DNA of 64,000 bases from Octopus sinensis. Taxonomy: Eukaryota. The position numbers and the translations under genes are program-made. Each line of letters begins with the position of its first letter. Position 1 is the stretch's first letter. The stretch is from positions 117,242,001-117,306,000 of the forward strand of contig NC_042997.1 in assembly GCF_006345805.1 (NCBI RefSeq), read 5' to 3'. Shown here one piece after another: positions 13,286 to 26,776 of the stretch. Below the pieces are notes generated by a model, which ran no database searches, was not told the origin of the DNA, and saw nothing but the letters and a program-made list of their open reading frames with translations.

Positions 13286-14975
13286 GTGGTGGTGTGGCGC
13301 GCGGACCTCTACAGGGCCGAGGCGCTCCGCCAACTCAATGACACCTCCTTCTACTCTCCTTTGTCCTCTAACTCCACGCGCAGCTACCAACAGACGGTAT
13401 CCTCTACTGTCCACGACCTCATCTCGTCCTCCCGTCTCCCCCACACCGCATCCAACCTCATTGTGCGAACCCCATGCAACCCCACCATTTACTTCCTCCC
13501 CAAAATCCACAAACCCAACAACCCTGGCCGCCCCATCGTCTCCGCCTGTAACTGCCCCACGGAGCTCATCTCAAAATACCTCGACCGTGTCCTTGCCTAC
13601 CTAGTGGCGTCTCTTCCCTCCAACATCCACGACACCAACCATGCTCTCCGGCTTTTCAACTCTTTCTCCTTTCCTCCCGGCTCCTCCAAAATACTTTTTA
13701 CAATGGCCATCCAGAGCCTTTATACCGTCATCCCTCACCACGAAGGACTGCGGGCACTTCAACACTTTCTCGACCTCCACCCTAACCCCGAACCCGACAC
13801 CTCCACACTCATTCGTCTGGCCGAACTTGTCCTTTCTCTTAACTGCTTCTCGTTCGCGGGCGAGTTCTACCAACAACTCTCGGGAGTGGCCATGGGAACG
13901 CGAATGGGCCCCAACTATGCGAACCTGTTCGTTGGCTATGTTGAGGCCCAAATATTCTCTAGTTTCACTGGTCCCACTCCCGAACTATACGGTCGTTACA
14001 TTGACGACATTATCGGTGCCACCTCACTCTCCCGTGAACATCTAGATTCCTTCCTCTCTTTCGTTCAATCCTTCCATCCTGCCCTCCACTTCACCTCCAC
14101 TATCTCCAACACCTCTGTCTCCTTCCTCGACATTTCGGTCAGCATCCATCACTCCACTCTTACCACCTCCATTCACTACAAAACACACAGACTCACACTC
14201 ATACCTAAACTTCTCTTCCTCCCACCCCAAACACACCAAGCTTTCCATCCCCTATTCCCAATTCCTCCGTCTACGTAGGCTCTGTAGTGACGACCATGAC
14301 TTTGAGACTCAGTCTCAACTCATGGCTCGCCACTTCACCCTACGTGGATACCCCCCACCACCACCACCACTATCCACACTGCCCTTACCAGAGTACGTTC
14401 CGTAGACCGTGCATCTGCTCTCTCCCCCCGAATCCGCCCTGTAGTCTCCCGCCTCCCTTTTCCCCTCACTTACCACCCCACGACCCTACTTCTCCAATGC
14501 ACCATTCTTCGAGCTTTCCGGCATCTCCAGTCCGACCCGTCCACTTCACACCTCTTCCCTAACCGACCCCTCCCCTCCTTCAAACTAGCCCATAACCTAC
14601 GAGACCTCTTGGTCCACTGCACCTTCCCTGACCCTACCTCCCAACCTGACTCGTTCCCCTGCTCCCGCCCATGTTGCCGCACTTGCCCTTACCTCTCCAA
14701 CACCACCCTCTTCTCTGACACCCATCATCGACCCTATCGCATCATCAACTCCTTCACCTGCACCTCCAGCAATATCATCTATTGCATCTCCTGTTCTCTC
14801 TGCCATTCCCTGTACAACGGACAAACGGGACGCTGACCGGTTCGCGGAACACCTCCGTGACATCCGCCTTGCCAACGACACACCAGTCTCCACAGAGGCC
14901 ATCCGGATGCCCGTTTGCGCCGTGAACAGGAATTAATCTTCTCTCTTCGCTCCTTCACGCCATTTGGTCTCAACT
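13286..14975 (+). pseudogene. Disrupted PLE RT/GIY-YIG reading frame
   Basis: ORFs 13286-14278, 14609-14836 and the start of 14915 are pieces of one polyprotein broken by frameshifts, a stop and an internal deletion. Confidence 0.85.
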
Positions 14976-15740
14976 CTTCCCCCCCTTCTCATCTAACCTC
15001 TCCCCTATCATCTAACCTCCCCCGACTCCTACTTCTCTTCAGTCCTTCATCTTTTCATCCCACTCTCTTTCCCGCCTCTTCTTTCCTCTTTCTTCTTCCC
15101 TCTTCTCCTTCTCTCTACTCCCTCATTCCCCTTCTCTTCCCCTCCCCTCCGCCTCCTCCTCTCCTTTCCCATCCCCCTCCTCTTCTCCTCTCCTTCTTTC
15201 TCCCCTCTCCCCCACCCCCTTCCCTCTCCTCTCCTTCCTTCTTCCTCCCTTCCCTCTCCTTCCTTCTTCCCCCTATCACCCACTCCTCCCCTCTCCCCTC
15301 CACCTCATCTCTCTTCCCTCCCTCTTCTCTCCCCTTTCACTCTCCCCACAACCCCCACTCTACCCCAAACCCCAGCCGAACCCACACCCCACACCCCTTT
15401 CACTCTCCCCACAACCTCTACTCCAACCCCCAGCCGAACCCACACCCTATATGGGCTTTCCCCACCTCCCACCACACTACACTACACTATACGACATTAC
15501 ACATCACATCATACATACACACGTCCAGACCTTTCATACGCACATTCATACGCTCTCATACACACACGCACCCTTATGTTGGGGCGAGATCATTTAACTT
15601 TGTTATCTCCCCTACTTTCCCTCTTGCGTCTAACGTCTGATCTCTGACTTCTGGCCGAAATCAGACCGTCATGTTGATTCGTTAGCTCCTGCACGCATTT
15701 TTTTCTCTCCTTGTTTCTCTCCGTGTTTCTTTTCTGTGTA

Positions 15741-15778
15741 TCTTTCTGTTGAAGAGCGTAGGCTCGAAACGTAAAAGA
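15741..15778 (+). ncRNA. Minimal type I hammerhead-like motif in PLE pLTR (core variant CUGUUGA)
   Basis: TCTTT-CTGTTGA-A-GAGC(GTAG)GCTC-GAAAC-GTA-AAAGA. Stem I TCTTT/AAAGA, stem II GAGC/GCTC, palindromic ACGT stem III, GUA site. Core A6 is replaced by U. Confidence 0.65.
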
Positions 15779-15875
15779 CTTGTTTTATTTCCATTCCTGA
15801 GCGCCATACTATTACAATTGTTTGTTTGTACTCTACCTGTCGTCGTCTTTTGTTTATTTTCGTAAAGCTTCCTGT

Positions 15876-15908
<33 letters not shown>

Positions 15909-15909
15909 T

Positions 15910-15951
<42 letters not shown>

Positions 15952-16429
15952 CTTGTATCACTCGCTCGCTCTCTCTCATATTTAGCTTTCTGCTAGGTCC
16001 CGGTTTGTGTTCAATTCAAAATATATAATATGGTGCTCATTGATTCATTTAAATGCTCCATTTCGTGTTTCACAAAACCTAATATTTCAGTGACGTGTTT
16101 AATCTTGTTAGAAATCTCAATACTCTTTGATCAAAACACGCCTTTCTTTGTCTTTTTAAATGTTTTTTTTTTTTTTAAGTCTTCAAGCAAAGCTGTAAAC
16201 CGATTCAGAATTACAATCATTTTTTATAAGTAAAATTCTAAATTGTACTTGTTTGATATTAAAAAATCTAGTTCGTGCAAAATCTTGTTTATTCCAATCT
16301 TCAATTTATGTTTTCAAAAAGTATATATTTTTACTCTGTTTTACGAAATTTAATACACATTACGCTATCACTGTCACTCTCTCTCTCTCTCTCTTGCACA
16401 AATACGTGTTTATAATTCGTATGATCATA

Positions 16430-16843
16430 AGGCGGCGAGCTGGCAGAAACATTAGCACGCCGGGCGAAATGCGTAGCCGTATTTCGTCTGCCGTTACGTT
16501 CTGAGTTCAAATTCCGCCGAGGTCGACTTTGCCTTTCATCCTTTCAGGGTTGATAAATTAAGTATCAGTTACGCACTGGGGTCGATATAATCGACTTAAT
16601 CCGTTTGTCTGTCCTTGTTTGTCCTCTCTGTGTTTAGCCCCTTGTGGGTAGTAAAGAAACAGGTATTTCATCTGCCGTTACGTTCTGATTTTAAATTCCG
16701 CCAAGGTCGACTTTGCCTTTTATCTTTTCGGGGTCGATAAATAAAGTACCAGTTGCGCACTTGGGTCGATGTAATCGACTTAATCCCTTTGTCTGTCCTT
16801 GTTTGTCCTCTCTATCTTTAGCCCCTTGTGAGTAATAAAGAAA
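16430..16843 (+). mobile_element. SINE family A dimer
   Basis: Full unit plus a 5'-truncated unit. TSD aattcgtatgatcata on both sides. Confidence 0.85.
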
Positions 16844-17789
16844 TTTTAAAAATTCGTATGATCATACCAAAATGACACAGCTTCACACGTAGTTATTGGA
16901 GCTATTTACTTCTTTTGCGCTGTTTTTGCAACCACAATCGTATATTTGAGAATACTTAAAACTTATGAAAGTCTCTTATAGTAAACTTTACGGTGGAGTG
17001 TATCTATGCGTATTCATAGGTTTTGAGCCGTCAGTGCTTTCGTAATTTTTTTCCTTATGTAAAATTACCTGGATACATGAGATATTTGTAAACGCCTGTC
17101 ATGTTTATTATACAAGCTCTCCATAGATGATATAAAAGGTACCGATAAGTTGCTCGTTTCTAGTTTATTTATCAACAGTCAAATCCCTCTGCGTTACTAC
17201 CACTCTTAAATTGTATTTAAAACTACTGCTGTTACGCTTATAACTAAATCAGGTAAACGTACTTGATTATTAGAGACATTTTCTTCTTCCATTTCTGTTA
17301 CATGAATCACTGGTGCACTAGCAGTGTTTATTTTTCATACTAAACTTTACTACGGAGTATATCCATAAGCTCTGAGGTACCACTGATTTTGTGAACTGCG
17401 CAACATAACTAATAACCGAAAATGTGTGTAATATTCAAATTAATTTACTTTTTCCTACTGTAATCGTAACAGCAACGTTAACAATTTCGTAAAGGCTATG
17501 GTAGCTATTTGAGACCGGTATTTATATAATCGATCTCTTTTCATTAAATCTCTGAGTTGCATATTTGACACGATATAAATATAGACAAGAACAATATATA
17601 CATGTTCTTTGCACAAATTTATAGACGCATACACTTATAAATACACACCCAGGCAAAGATACACACTTATGAATGTGAGTGTGCGAGTGTGTGCGCGCGT
17701 GCTTGCATACACAAATATATATGTGTGTGTGTGTGTGAGTGCGCGTGTGTGTGTGTGTGTGTAAGTAAGTAAGTAAAGTTAATCCCCAA

Positions 17790-17990
17790 CATGAAAACAC
17801 AAAGAGAAAACAACAACGCGAGGACGTGGAACAAGTATAGTGTTATTGGACGCTCAGGAAAGGAAGGAAAGAAAGGAGGATTTAATGTTTCGAGCGGAGC
17901 TCTTCGTCAGAAACATAGGAAAAGGAAAGGTCCAAGGAAGGGAAGACGGAGGAAAAAAATCGCCAACGATACACACGCGGTCATACACAC
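17790..17990 (-). mobile_element. Solo PLE pLTR-like fragment with a minimal HHR motif (CTGACGA-A-GAGCTCCGCTC-GAAAC)
   Basis: Closely similar to 51360-51560 and related to the pLTR at 15690-15875. Microsatellite-flanked. Confidence 0.65.
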
Positions 17991-18000
17991 GCACACACAC

Positions 18001-18055
<55 letters not shown>

Positions 18056-18698
18056 GCATAAGCAGACAGATCGATTGATTGATAGACTGACAGGAAGGCA
18101 GACAGGGAGATGGACTGAGAGAGAGACAGACAGACTGACATATAGATAGACAGACAGACAAACAGATGATTGGCTTCTGAACAGATTCTATGGACCGTAA
18201 TTTATATGACGTTGGTCAAACTGAGACTACTGTAGAAGCAGAAGTCACTTGACCAACGTGGCGCGTATTTGAAGGAAAAACCCGGATCCCTATGGTTGAG
18301 AAGCGATCTGATAAACCACGCAATTAAGCCTGCAGTTTGTATTAGATTTTCTTACGTAACAAGAAAACTGAATAACTCAACTTTCGAAATATATAACTCT
18401 TGTTTCAATACTAGACATTCCCCCGTGGCACGAGCTGTTTTTATTCATTACTGATAAAGCACGAACACGTATATTGAATTATAAATCGACTCGTGAAGCT
18501 ACCGAATGGTGTAACGTGATACTCCTTCCCTGCGGTATATACACCTGGGTGCGCGCGTGCAAACGCGAAAAACACACGCACAATTCCTCATACACGTAGA
18601 AAATTACAGAAACACGTAAACACACACTCGTGTGTACACTTACTATCCAAAATATATATAAATTTCGTTCATATGAATGTGTATGTGTACACGTGCGC

Positions 18699-18741
<43 letters not shown>

Positions 18742-18926
18742 GTCTTTATATAGATGCATATAAACGATATGCTTCTATAGATATATATATATATATTTAG
18801 GTAACATCTAATACATTATATGATATATGTATATACACATATACATTATTTATATACATTACGTAACTGTCTATGTGTAAGTGTACGTATGTGTATGTTT
18901 GTACATTACGTAAGAAGACAGATTGA

Positions 18927-18971
<45 letters not shown>

Positions 18972-18972
18972 C

Positions 18973-19057
<85 letters not shown>
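18927..19057. repeat. (GATA)n microsatellite
   Basis: About 32 units; partner tract at 20456-20545. Confidence 0.95.
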
Positions 19058-19058
<1 letters not shown>

Positions 19059-19332
19059 CTTTCTTTATTAGCCACACAGGGCTGAACACAGAGGGGACAA
19101 ATACAAATGTAGAGCTTTTCTTTTCGAAAATAAAATAAAAAAGGGAACAAATGTAAAATTCCGATGGAAAGGGATCGGGGAAAGCGATCAAAAGGGATCG
19201 TGTATCGCAGAAGAAATTTTTAAAAGTAAGAAACAAGATTAGGTTTATCTGTGGAAAGAAACGCCTACGGAAATGACCACGGTAACCTCAGGCAGGGAGG
19301 AAATAAACACATGAGAGCAAACTGCTCCCTCT

Positions 19333-19387
<55 letters not shown>

Positions 19388-20455
19388 ACGATGTACAGGA
19401 TCATGTAGTGTTTTCGTCACTCGCACGCACCATCTTTGCTACATTCACCCACCGTTTTTTGAAACTTTCACGAGACAAAACCTGCCTCTCCATTCTCACC
19501 TTCCTTTTCAAGTGGTACTTGAAAAAGTTGATGATCGATCGGACAGAGAGGTAAGTGTTTGTCTCTAATCCTTCCGCTCGAATCCACCACACACATTCTT
19601 TCACCATAGCCACCAGTACGATGAAGACTGTCTTGCCTTCCCGGTCAAGGGAAGGTGGTGGAGTAATTTCCACAATAGACTCGGCCGACAGGCGTACTCG
19701 TCCCACAAGTGACTGCAGCCGTTCGGCTTAAGCTCACAGGTCCGAAATGGTTGGACACTGCACGGCTGCGTGCATAACGTTTCCGTCGTTCTGGTCGCAT
19801 CTCGGGCAAGTCGGTCCGGTGTGTCTCGAACCGTGCCTGTAGAGCTTATACCGAACAGGTAATGCTTCTCAATAGCACTGCTAGGCCAAGGATCTCCGGT
19901 AATTGCCCATAGGTCCCGGCCCGAAAGCTGTCCTAAACAAGCGGGTCAGGTGTTCCTCGTCGACACCCAGATTCTGCCCGAGAACGTCGTCGCACCTCCC
20001 TTCCACTAATCCTCTATAGAACGCCGTTGTTGTAATGAAGTCGCACAAGTTTGGTCCCGGACGTCAGAGTTGCTTGAAAGCAACGCGAACTCGCGGTACC
20101 ATTCGCCTAGCCTCGATCTCTGTTTGGTCCTCGACTGTAGTTCGGCCAAGGAGATGAGCTGTGGGAAAGCGCGTCGCACAGAAGGCGACCACACCTGTTC
20201 ACCATCGTCTATGAAGCGCCGGACATGTCGCAGTCTCACCACTTGTCTGCGCATCATCAACCACGGCATGCCTAGCCCTCCATTTAGCGGGTGTTGACAG
20301 CAAATGGATCGCCTAACCATCGGAGCGCTTCCCTTCCACAGGAAGCGGAAGAGTATGCGTTCCAGTTTGGTGATGGTAGGGTCGGGACAAGGCACGACGG
20401 TCAGACAGTTCTCGATGATGGATGCGATGTACGCGTTCGCCACCTCCGCCCAACC
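19059..20455 (-). mobile_element. 5'-truncated L1-clade (Tx1-like) LINE, flanked by (GATA)n on both sides
   Basis: ORF 20006-20443 LERILFRFLWKG..MVRRSICCQHPLNGGLGMP is typical of the Tx1 ORF2 post-RT region. The 3' UTR ends ...GCTAATAAAGAAAG next to (TATC)n. Confidence 0.8.
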
Positions 20456-20475
20456 TAGACAGACAGACAGACAGT

Positions 20476-20546
<71 letters not shown>

Positions 20547-20591
20547 CCTTATATTGGAAAATTTACTGACAGTGCCTGCTCCATAAAGAAC

Positions 20592-21054
20592 GTATCAATT
20601 AGCTGTTCATGAAATACTGAAGCATTTAGTTGCTCATGAAATACTATACTTATTAAACGTTCATGACGGCCAGCATAGTTAAGGTGTTAAGCAAGAAATA
20701 AGTTGTAATCAATTAGAAGCGTAATGAGAAGAAAAGTAATCAGTGTTAGTGAATATTTATCTAAAACGTGTCAAGGGAGAGAACTCTGAAAATGTCATAC
20801 ATACATACATACATAAATACATACAGGGAGGAGTAAAACTGATCTTTCGTAGTTATGATGACCTCTCAGAAATTCTTACTCGACCGCTTCAACGAAGTGT
20901 AATTTTTATTCAGCGGTACTAAGAACTTAGAACGTCTAAAAGATATAGTATCTTAAAATCGACGAAGAGACGCTGTGTTTTATGAACGCTTAATAACTAT
21001 AGTATTTCATGAGCAACTAAATGCTATAGTATTTCATGAACAGCTAATTGATAC
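20592..21054. repeat. Inverted repeat, ~73-bp arms (MITE-like)
   Basis: 20592-20664 versus 20982-21054. Each arm has an internal repeat tcatgaaatact. Confidence 0.8.
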
Positions 21055-22889
21055 ACTATTTTATATAGAAATATCTTTCGTACAAATTATAAAATTAGTC
21101 TTTCTAAGATACTGACAAATATAGGAGAAATAAGCACACTGACGATGGCTAATATGGATGGATGGATCAGGCGCGTAGCATAATGGTTAGCGTGTGGCAG
21201 ACCGGAGATGTCTTGCGTTCTTGAGCAAAATTCGTTATTTCACGGCGTGCTAACATTTCTGCCAGCTCGCCGCCTTAGTTTTAGAAATATATTGTGAGAT
21301 AGTGGGCAGATTGAGGATAACATAAAAGGAGAATATTTTTAGTTTGTATAGGAGACAGTTGATGGGATAATCATTCGACTGAAATCCGTGCATAATGCCG
21401 TAGAGGTGCGAGAGAGTGTCTTTCATATTGATTCTTGCTCTCGTTTGTGTATTTCGAGTTGCTTTTAATATTTTCAAAAGTCAAACATTGGTTTGCATTT
21501 GTGCATATATGTGCATACGGGCGCCACACACACACGTATACATATATATAAATAAACATACACACGTGTGTATGTAATTATAGATGGACGTAGGGTGAAA
21601 AATATGAAAAAGACGAACTGAAGTAAAAAAAAAAAAAAGAAAGAGAGAAAGTAAAGAATCTTCGTTTATCGAAAGTTCGAGCTGTCATGTAATCGTTTTT
21701 AGATTTAGTTTAAACATTGAAGGAGACAGCTAAAATATTTATGATAGAAACAGTGTTACAAAATCACACGTAAAGATTGATAATATAATTTTTTGCAAAT
21801 TTCGTGTGTACCCCCACTCACTCCAAAAAGAGGATGCTTGTTCTCTTAAACAGAAAAGCAGAAACATATCGAGTGACACTGAAAGATATCTTTCTGATTG
21901 CTTGTGTTAACAGTGAAACTATAAAGAAGGAAAACGAAGAGATGATCTGCTGACCTTTATGATTAAATATCTGTATTATTGCCAAATTATTCCTACTTTC
22001 TTCCCTTAAGTCAATCGATTCTCATCAATCATCATTGCTGACTTCACCTCATATTGTATTTCAGAGATATCTGTCTTAAAATGTTCTTCATTGGGAAGCT
22101 AGACATGATATATTATCACATCATTCCAAAATATTATCATTGCAAGCAGTTCATCTGAAAAGTTACTGAAAATATAACCACAGCTATATTTTAATCACCT
22201 CATAAACCTTTTCTTTTACACCCATATTCAAAAACTACCTTATCTTTCTATTCTACAGTTCTTTTATTGCACAAATAAATATATTCTTTCATCAGCTTAG
22301 CAAATATGTGATAAATCCGCTTAACACCAAAGATATGAGGGGTAAGTAGCATCATAGCGTTAAGGAGACTTCATTTTAGCTATCCATGTTTGCTCCATTT
22401 TACACCTAATTCTTTCAGAATTCATTATTATCATTGTACTACACTACAAACACAGCCATCATCATCATCATCCTTTTATATAAGGTGATGATAGTTTAGA
22501 ATACATGTTACCTAAGTTGTGCTTATGGTATTCAGCGAAGGTGGCCGTGTACATCACATTTTGCTTTGTCTAGCTCAGACCTATGGTACGTGAATAGTAG
22601 ACCGGTCGAAATCTGGCTGTGACGTCTGTATCTGTTGCCTCAGCATAGGGTGATCATTATATTGGACACTCCAGAATACTTTAATTAATCGTATGGACTA
22701 CAGTCTGGATAGTGTGTTCTCACTACTATCCAACGCATTTCTGTATCCCTTAGGTTCTAGTTTTGGCTACAGCGGAAATGAGCAAGGTGCATCCGGTTGA
22801 AGTAGGATAGTTGCTGTTCGTCTGCTATTAAAATTGAGGACGTGTGTATATTGCTCAATTCAAGTGGCTAATGAGATTATTTATGGATA

Positions 22890-23483
22890 AAGGTAAAGAT
22901 AAAGACCCCCTTCGGTTATGAATGACCATGGAGTTGCACCTGGAAAGTTACCTTCCGAGGCTCAAGTCTGGGCAAAGTTGTTTATGGAAGCCTACAAGTC
23001 GCCCATGCATACCAGCCTCCCATCTCTACGCAACCAATGTTATCCAAGAGAAAGGCAAAAGCCGATACAACTTGGCACCAGTGACGTTGCAACTCGCTTC
23101 TACAGACAAGGCGGCGAGCTGGCAGAATCGTTAGCACGCCGAGCAAAATGCTTAGCGGTATTTCGTCTGCCGCTACGTTCTGAGTTCAAATTCTGCCGAG
23201 ATCGACTTTGCCTTTCATCCTTTCGGGGTCGATAAATCAAGCACCAATTACGCACTGGGATCGATGTAATCGACTTAATACCTTTATCAGTCCTTGTTTG
23301 TCCCCTCTATGTTTAGTCTCTAGTGGGCAATAAAGAAATAAAACTCACTTTTACACATGAAATGGAGCAACGTGATATAAATTGTCTTGCTCGAGAACAC
23401 AATACACAGCCTGATTCGGGAATCGAACTCACTACCACATGATTGTGAACCTAACACTAACCATTGAGCCATGCGCCTTCACA
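22890..23483. mobile_element. SINE (minus strand) with a nested family A SINE (23109-23341, +)
   Basis: tRNA-like head at 23400-23483 on the minus strand; family A consensus inside. Confidence 0.7.
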
Positions 23484-23649
23484 TTTATGGATACGTTAGC
23501 TGTTTCTATGTATATGTGCTTTTATGTTTGTCTGGGTTGAATGAAAGAGATATTTTTTATATGTGGAGGTAAAAATTTCGTGTAATACCTATGTGGCTGA
23601 GTTTTCAGATGTCATTACTCAGGTAAGATTTTTTGTGGTTACAAACAGT

Positions 23650-24330
23650 GACCCTCGTATGCTCATGTGGTAATTCCTTTCCGCTTGGTATTTTTGTTCC
23701 ATTGCTTAAGTAGAGTATGGGTTTGATCTGTATACAGCCTGTGATAATCAGAAATGGGGTTTCGTGCTCTTTATGATATATCGTGCTTATTGTGGAGGGA
23801 CTGCATTAATCCATGATCGACTAATGTACTGTTTATGTACCATAGTTGTTATTTCTGCCAGTTTGAGACAAATGTGTATTCCGTGAGTGCCCCATTTGTC
23901 ATACTTTCGTTTCTGTGTCTTACAGATGTGCTGTGCATATTTAAATCTGTTTTATTTAACTCCGAGTAGTCTTTCCTTACGTGTGTGATGAAGGATTATA
24001 GTTTGTTTTCTAGCGTGGTTGGTGGGATTATTTTGTTTTGGAACCGAGTTTCTGTGTGTTTCATGTAGGTCTATAGTAGCGTGATTGTGTCGAGAGAAGA
24101 GATGAATATGCGTAAGCCGGAATCTATGTAGGAAGTTGTGTCTGTTGCGAAAATGTAAGACTATTGTGTAGATGCAGGCTGAAAATATTGAAGGAGAAGA
24201 CATACCCTTGTAGGACATCATTCAGGAAATAGTTTGCGAACTTGATAGTTCATTCGTCAGCGTGCTGGGTCATTTATAAAGAAGGTATTCATTCTTTTGT
24301 GTATAAGTATTTTTAAGCATTATATTCTAG
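23650..24330 (-). mobile_element. Possible highly decayed LINE RT remnant
   Basis: Minus strand has a GVPQG-like segment (gtcctacaaggg) and LLGVK, with many stops. Confidence 0.3.
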
Positions 24331-26739
24331 TACTGAGTTGGTGTTTAATATTAGTTTAAGTCGTCACATAGTAAGACTATATTATATATTTCAAAGATAT
24401 CTTTCATTCATCTTTACTCACAACTCATAGTCCATTATAGCTTCAGAATGTGTGTTAACACTTTAGGCTTTGAATCGATAGCTGTCTGAATCAATTACTA
24501 TTATATTTTTTCCTAATTGACAGTGTAAAAGTTTCATTCAATTGATGTGGTGTAAACATAACACTTTTACTTTTCCCTATATTGTTTTTCATCTAATATT
24601 TCCTATTATAGCGACAAGACTGAGAAAATACACTTGCTGAATTGCACCTCATGATAGCAATTCAGATCCTTTGTTATATCCAGGTAGCCTGTGAGGATTT
24701 ACTCAGCACTACCATAACTTCAGACACAATTCGGAGATGAACATGAAAGTGAAGGAACTCTAGGTTCCAATATTCTCAAAGACCACTGATATAAATCTGT
24801 AGTGAACGAATAAACATTGGTAATTTTGTGGTTTCACTACTTCGGAATGCTTTGCCGCGGCAACCGTGACAATTGTTCTGCATCGAGCGAATCCTTTCTG
24901 TCTCTGCAAAGAAAAATGTCTTACTATCAGGCCTACACTTGTCGCCACAATCAAGATTCACTGGCTTCAAAATGCATGCGGGACTTCATGTATTGTTTGT
25001 AATTATCAGTTTATAATTTATCAGTTTATAATTTAGAGGGTATCCTTAATATCGTTGATTTAACGAGTTAATATTATCTTCCTCTAGTAACAAATGAAGT
25101 GTTGATCTTAGGCTCTGGTAAGCCATTAAATCATGCCGCTACATTATCTTAGCTTGTTAAGGATTTTAATCAAGAATTCGAAGCTCTCGAAATTATCCGG
25201 GAGATTTTTTTTTATTTCCTTGGGGTATTTCTATATCATATTTCACAATTTAGGGAAAAATGGAATTTTTTCGGTGTCTCCTCATTGCTCTTTATCAATT
25301 ACAAATTATCATAATTATAATTCGAATTACTGATATATTTATTCCTGGCATCTTGAATATCTTCATTTAATAACAGTTACAAGTCTTTGTGTTTGTAATT
25401 TTCTCTTTTCTTTTTTTCCACACTTCATGGTTGGAAATTTTTGTTGGTCAATCTTTGATGCCATTGGCTGGCTTGTAAATGTATCAGATGTGGCGTCGTT
25501 GAACGAACAACTCAAACAGTCGAAAAACAGGTCTCTTATTCTGAGATGAACCAGAACCAATTATAACCAACGCGAAAGTCAATAACCGATTTATCTAAAG
25601 CAATACCCTTAATGCTATCATTCTGTTTCACTAAACTAACTTTATAGTCAGTTTCGAAGATTTTACTGTTATTATAATATATTTCAGCTGATGTGTTGTG
25701 TGTGGTCTTGAAATATTCGATTATGGTAATAAAGATTTAATAATGCCGAGGTGCTTGCAACATATAGTTGCAGTATAAGATTTAGCTTTTTTTTTTCTGT
25801 GGAGGTGATTCGCTGGGGAAACAGAAAAATAAGTTGCTATGTGAAATTCTGTAGTTTGCTTGTCCAGTTATTTTTTGTTCCATAGCAAGTCTTTTGTAAG
25901 GATTTTATTGCTCTGTAAAATAACTATATTCTCTAGTCTTGCGTTCCATTTGTTCTATTTGACTGGATATTATTTAGTGGGGTCGACCTTTTTTCATTAT
26001 TCTCATATGTTCTATAAATAAAGAGGGGAACGTTTGTCCCCAAAGCTTTAGATGTTTTCCTACTGCTTCAAATTTTCTAATGAGATCATTCAGCTGCTTT
26101 CATTTATTTTCACGAGACTCACGAATATTTAATGTATCATGAATAACTTTTCTTTTCATAATCGATTATGAGAGTTAAAAACTATAATATCATCATCACC
26201 AACATGGTCAACAATTCAACAAAGAAACTTGTACATTGTCTCGATCTGAGCTAGAAATAATAACCAACTCTCCGAGAACGCATTGTAGAATAAAATCCTA
26301 AATACACCATGTCTGGAAAAGACATGAGTGATGATCATGGTTGGAACGCTTTAATCATAGATGTGCTTGATTATGGCGACCTAGAGTTAAACAAACACAC
26401 TAACAAAAATATTGTAATTGCAAATTGTATGATGACCGATCGACTGAGCGATGTAATGACCATTTTATTTCACAGTGCTCTTAGAATGTTCTTTTTGGGT
26501 ATTCTTTGAGTTCTATACATGTGTAAGATATATAATTTCACTTTCCTAAATTTTACTGGCGAAGGCATCGATGACAGGAGTAAGAATGCAAATACATAGC
26601 AGAAATGATAATTCTTAACGTTTTGAATGTTCAATAGTCTCGTGTTTCGGTAAAAACACCTTCAGCTAATACATGTAATGAGTGAAGCTTTTACATCACA
26701 TATTACCTTAAATTTTGTCTTACATATCTAAGACTTACT

Positions 26740-26774
<35 letters not shown>

Positions 26775-26776
26775 AT

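Larger units (their letters stand above)
13217..15875 (+). mobile_element. 5'-truncated, decayed Penelope-like retroelement (Neptune-like): RT, GIY-YIG endonuclease and 3' pLTR
   Basis: Motifs IIIKLADKGGAVVVW, YFLPKIHK, PGRPIVS, GVAMGTRMGPNYANLF, RYIDD. Frameshift near 14180, then a CCRTC linker, NIIYCISCSLC..YNGQTGR and PFGLN. Pyrimidine-rich 3' UTR, HHR motif, ends in (TA)n. Confidence 0.9.

Noticed and set aside
14915-15640. 241-aa P/S/L-rich ORF
   Set aside because: Only the first ~20 aa are the PLE endonuclease end; the rest is pyrimidine-rich UTR.
17812-17832. HDV-like ribozyme P3/L3 motif (ACG-TCCTCG-CGT, minus strand)
   Set aside because: The loop is one nt short and no P1, P1.1 or P2 partners could be found.
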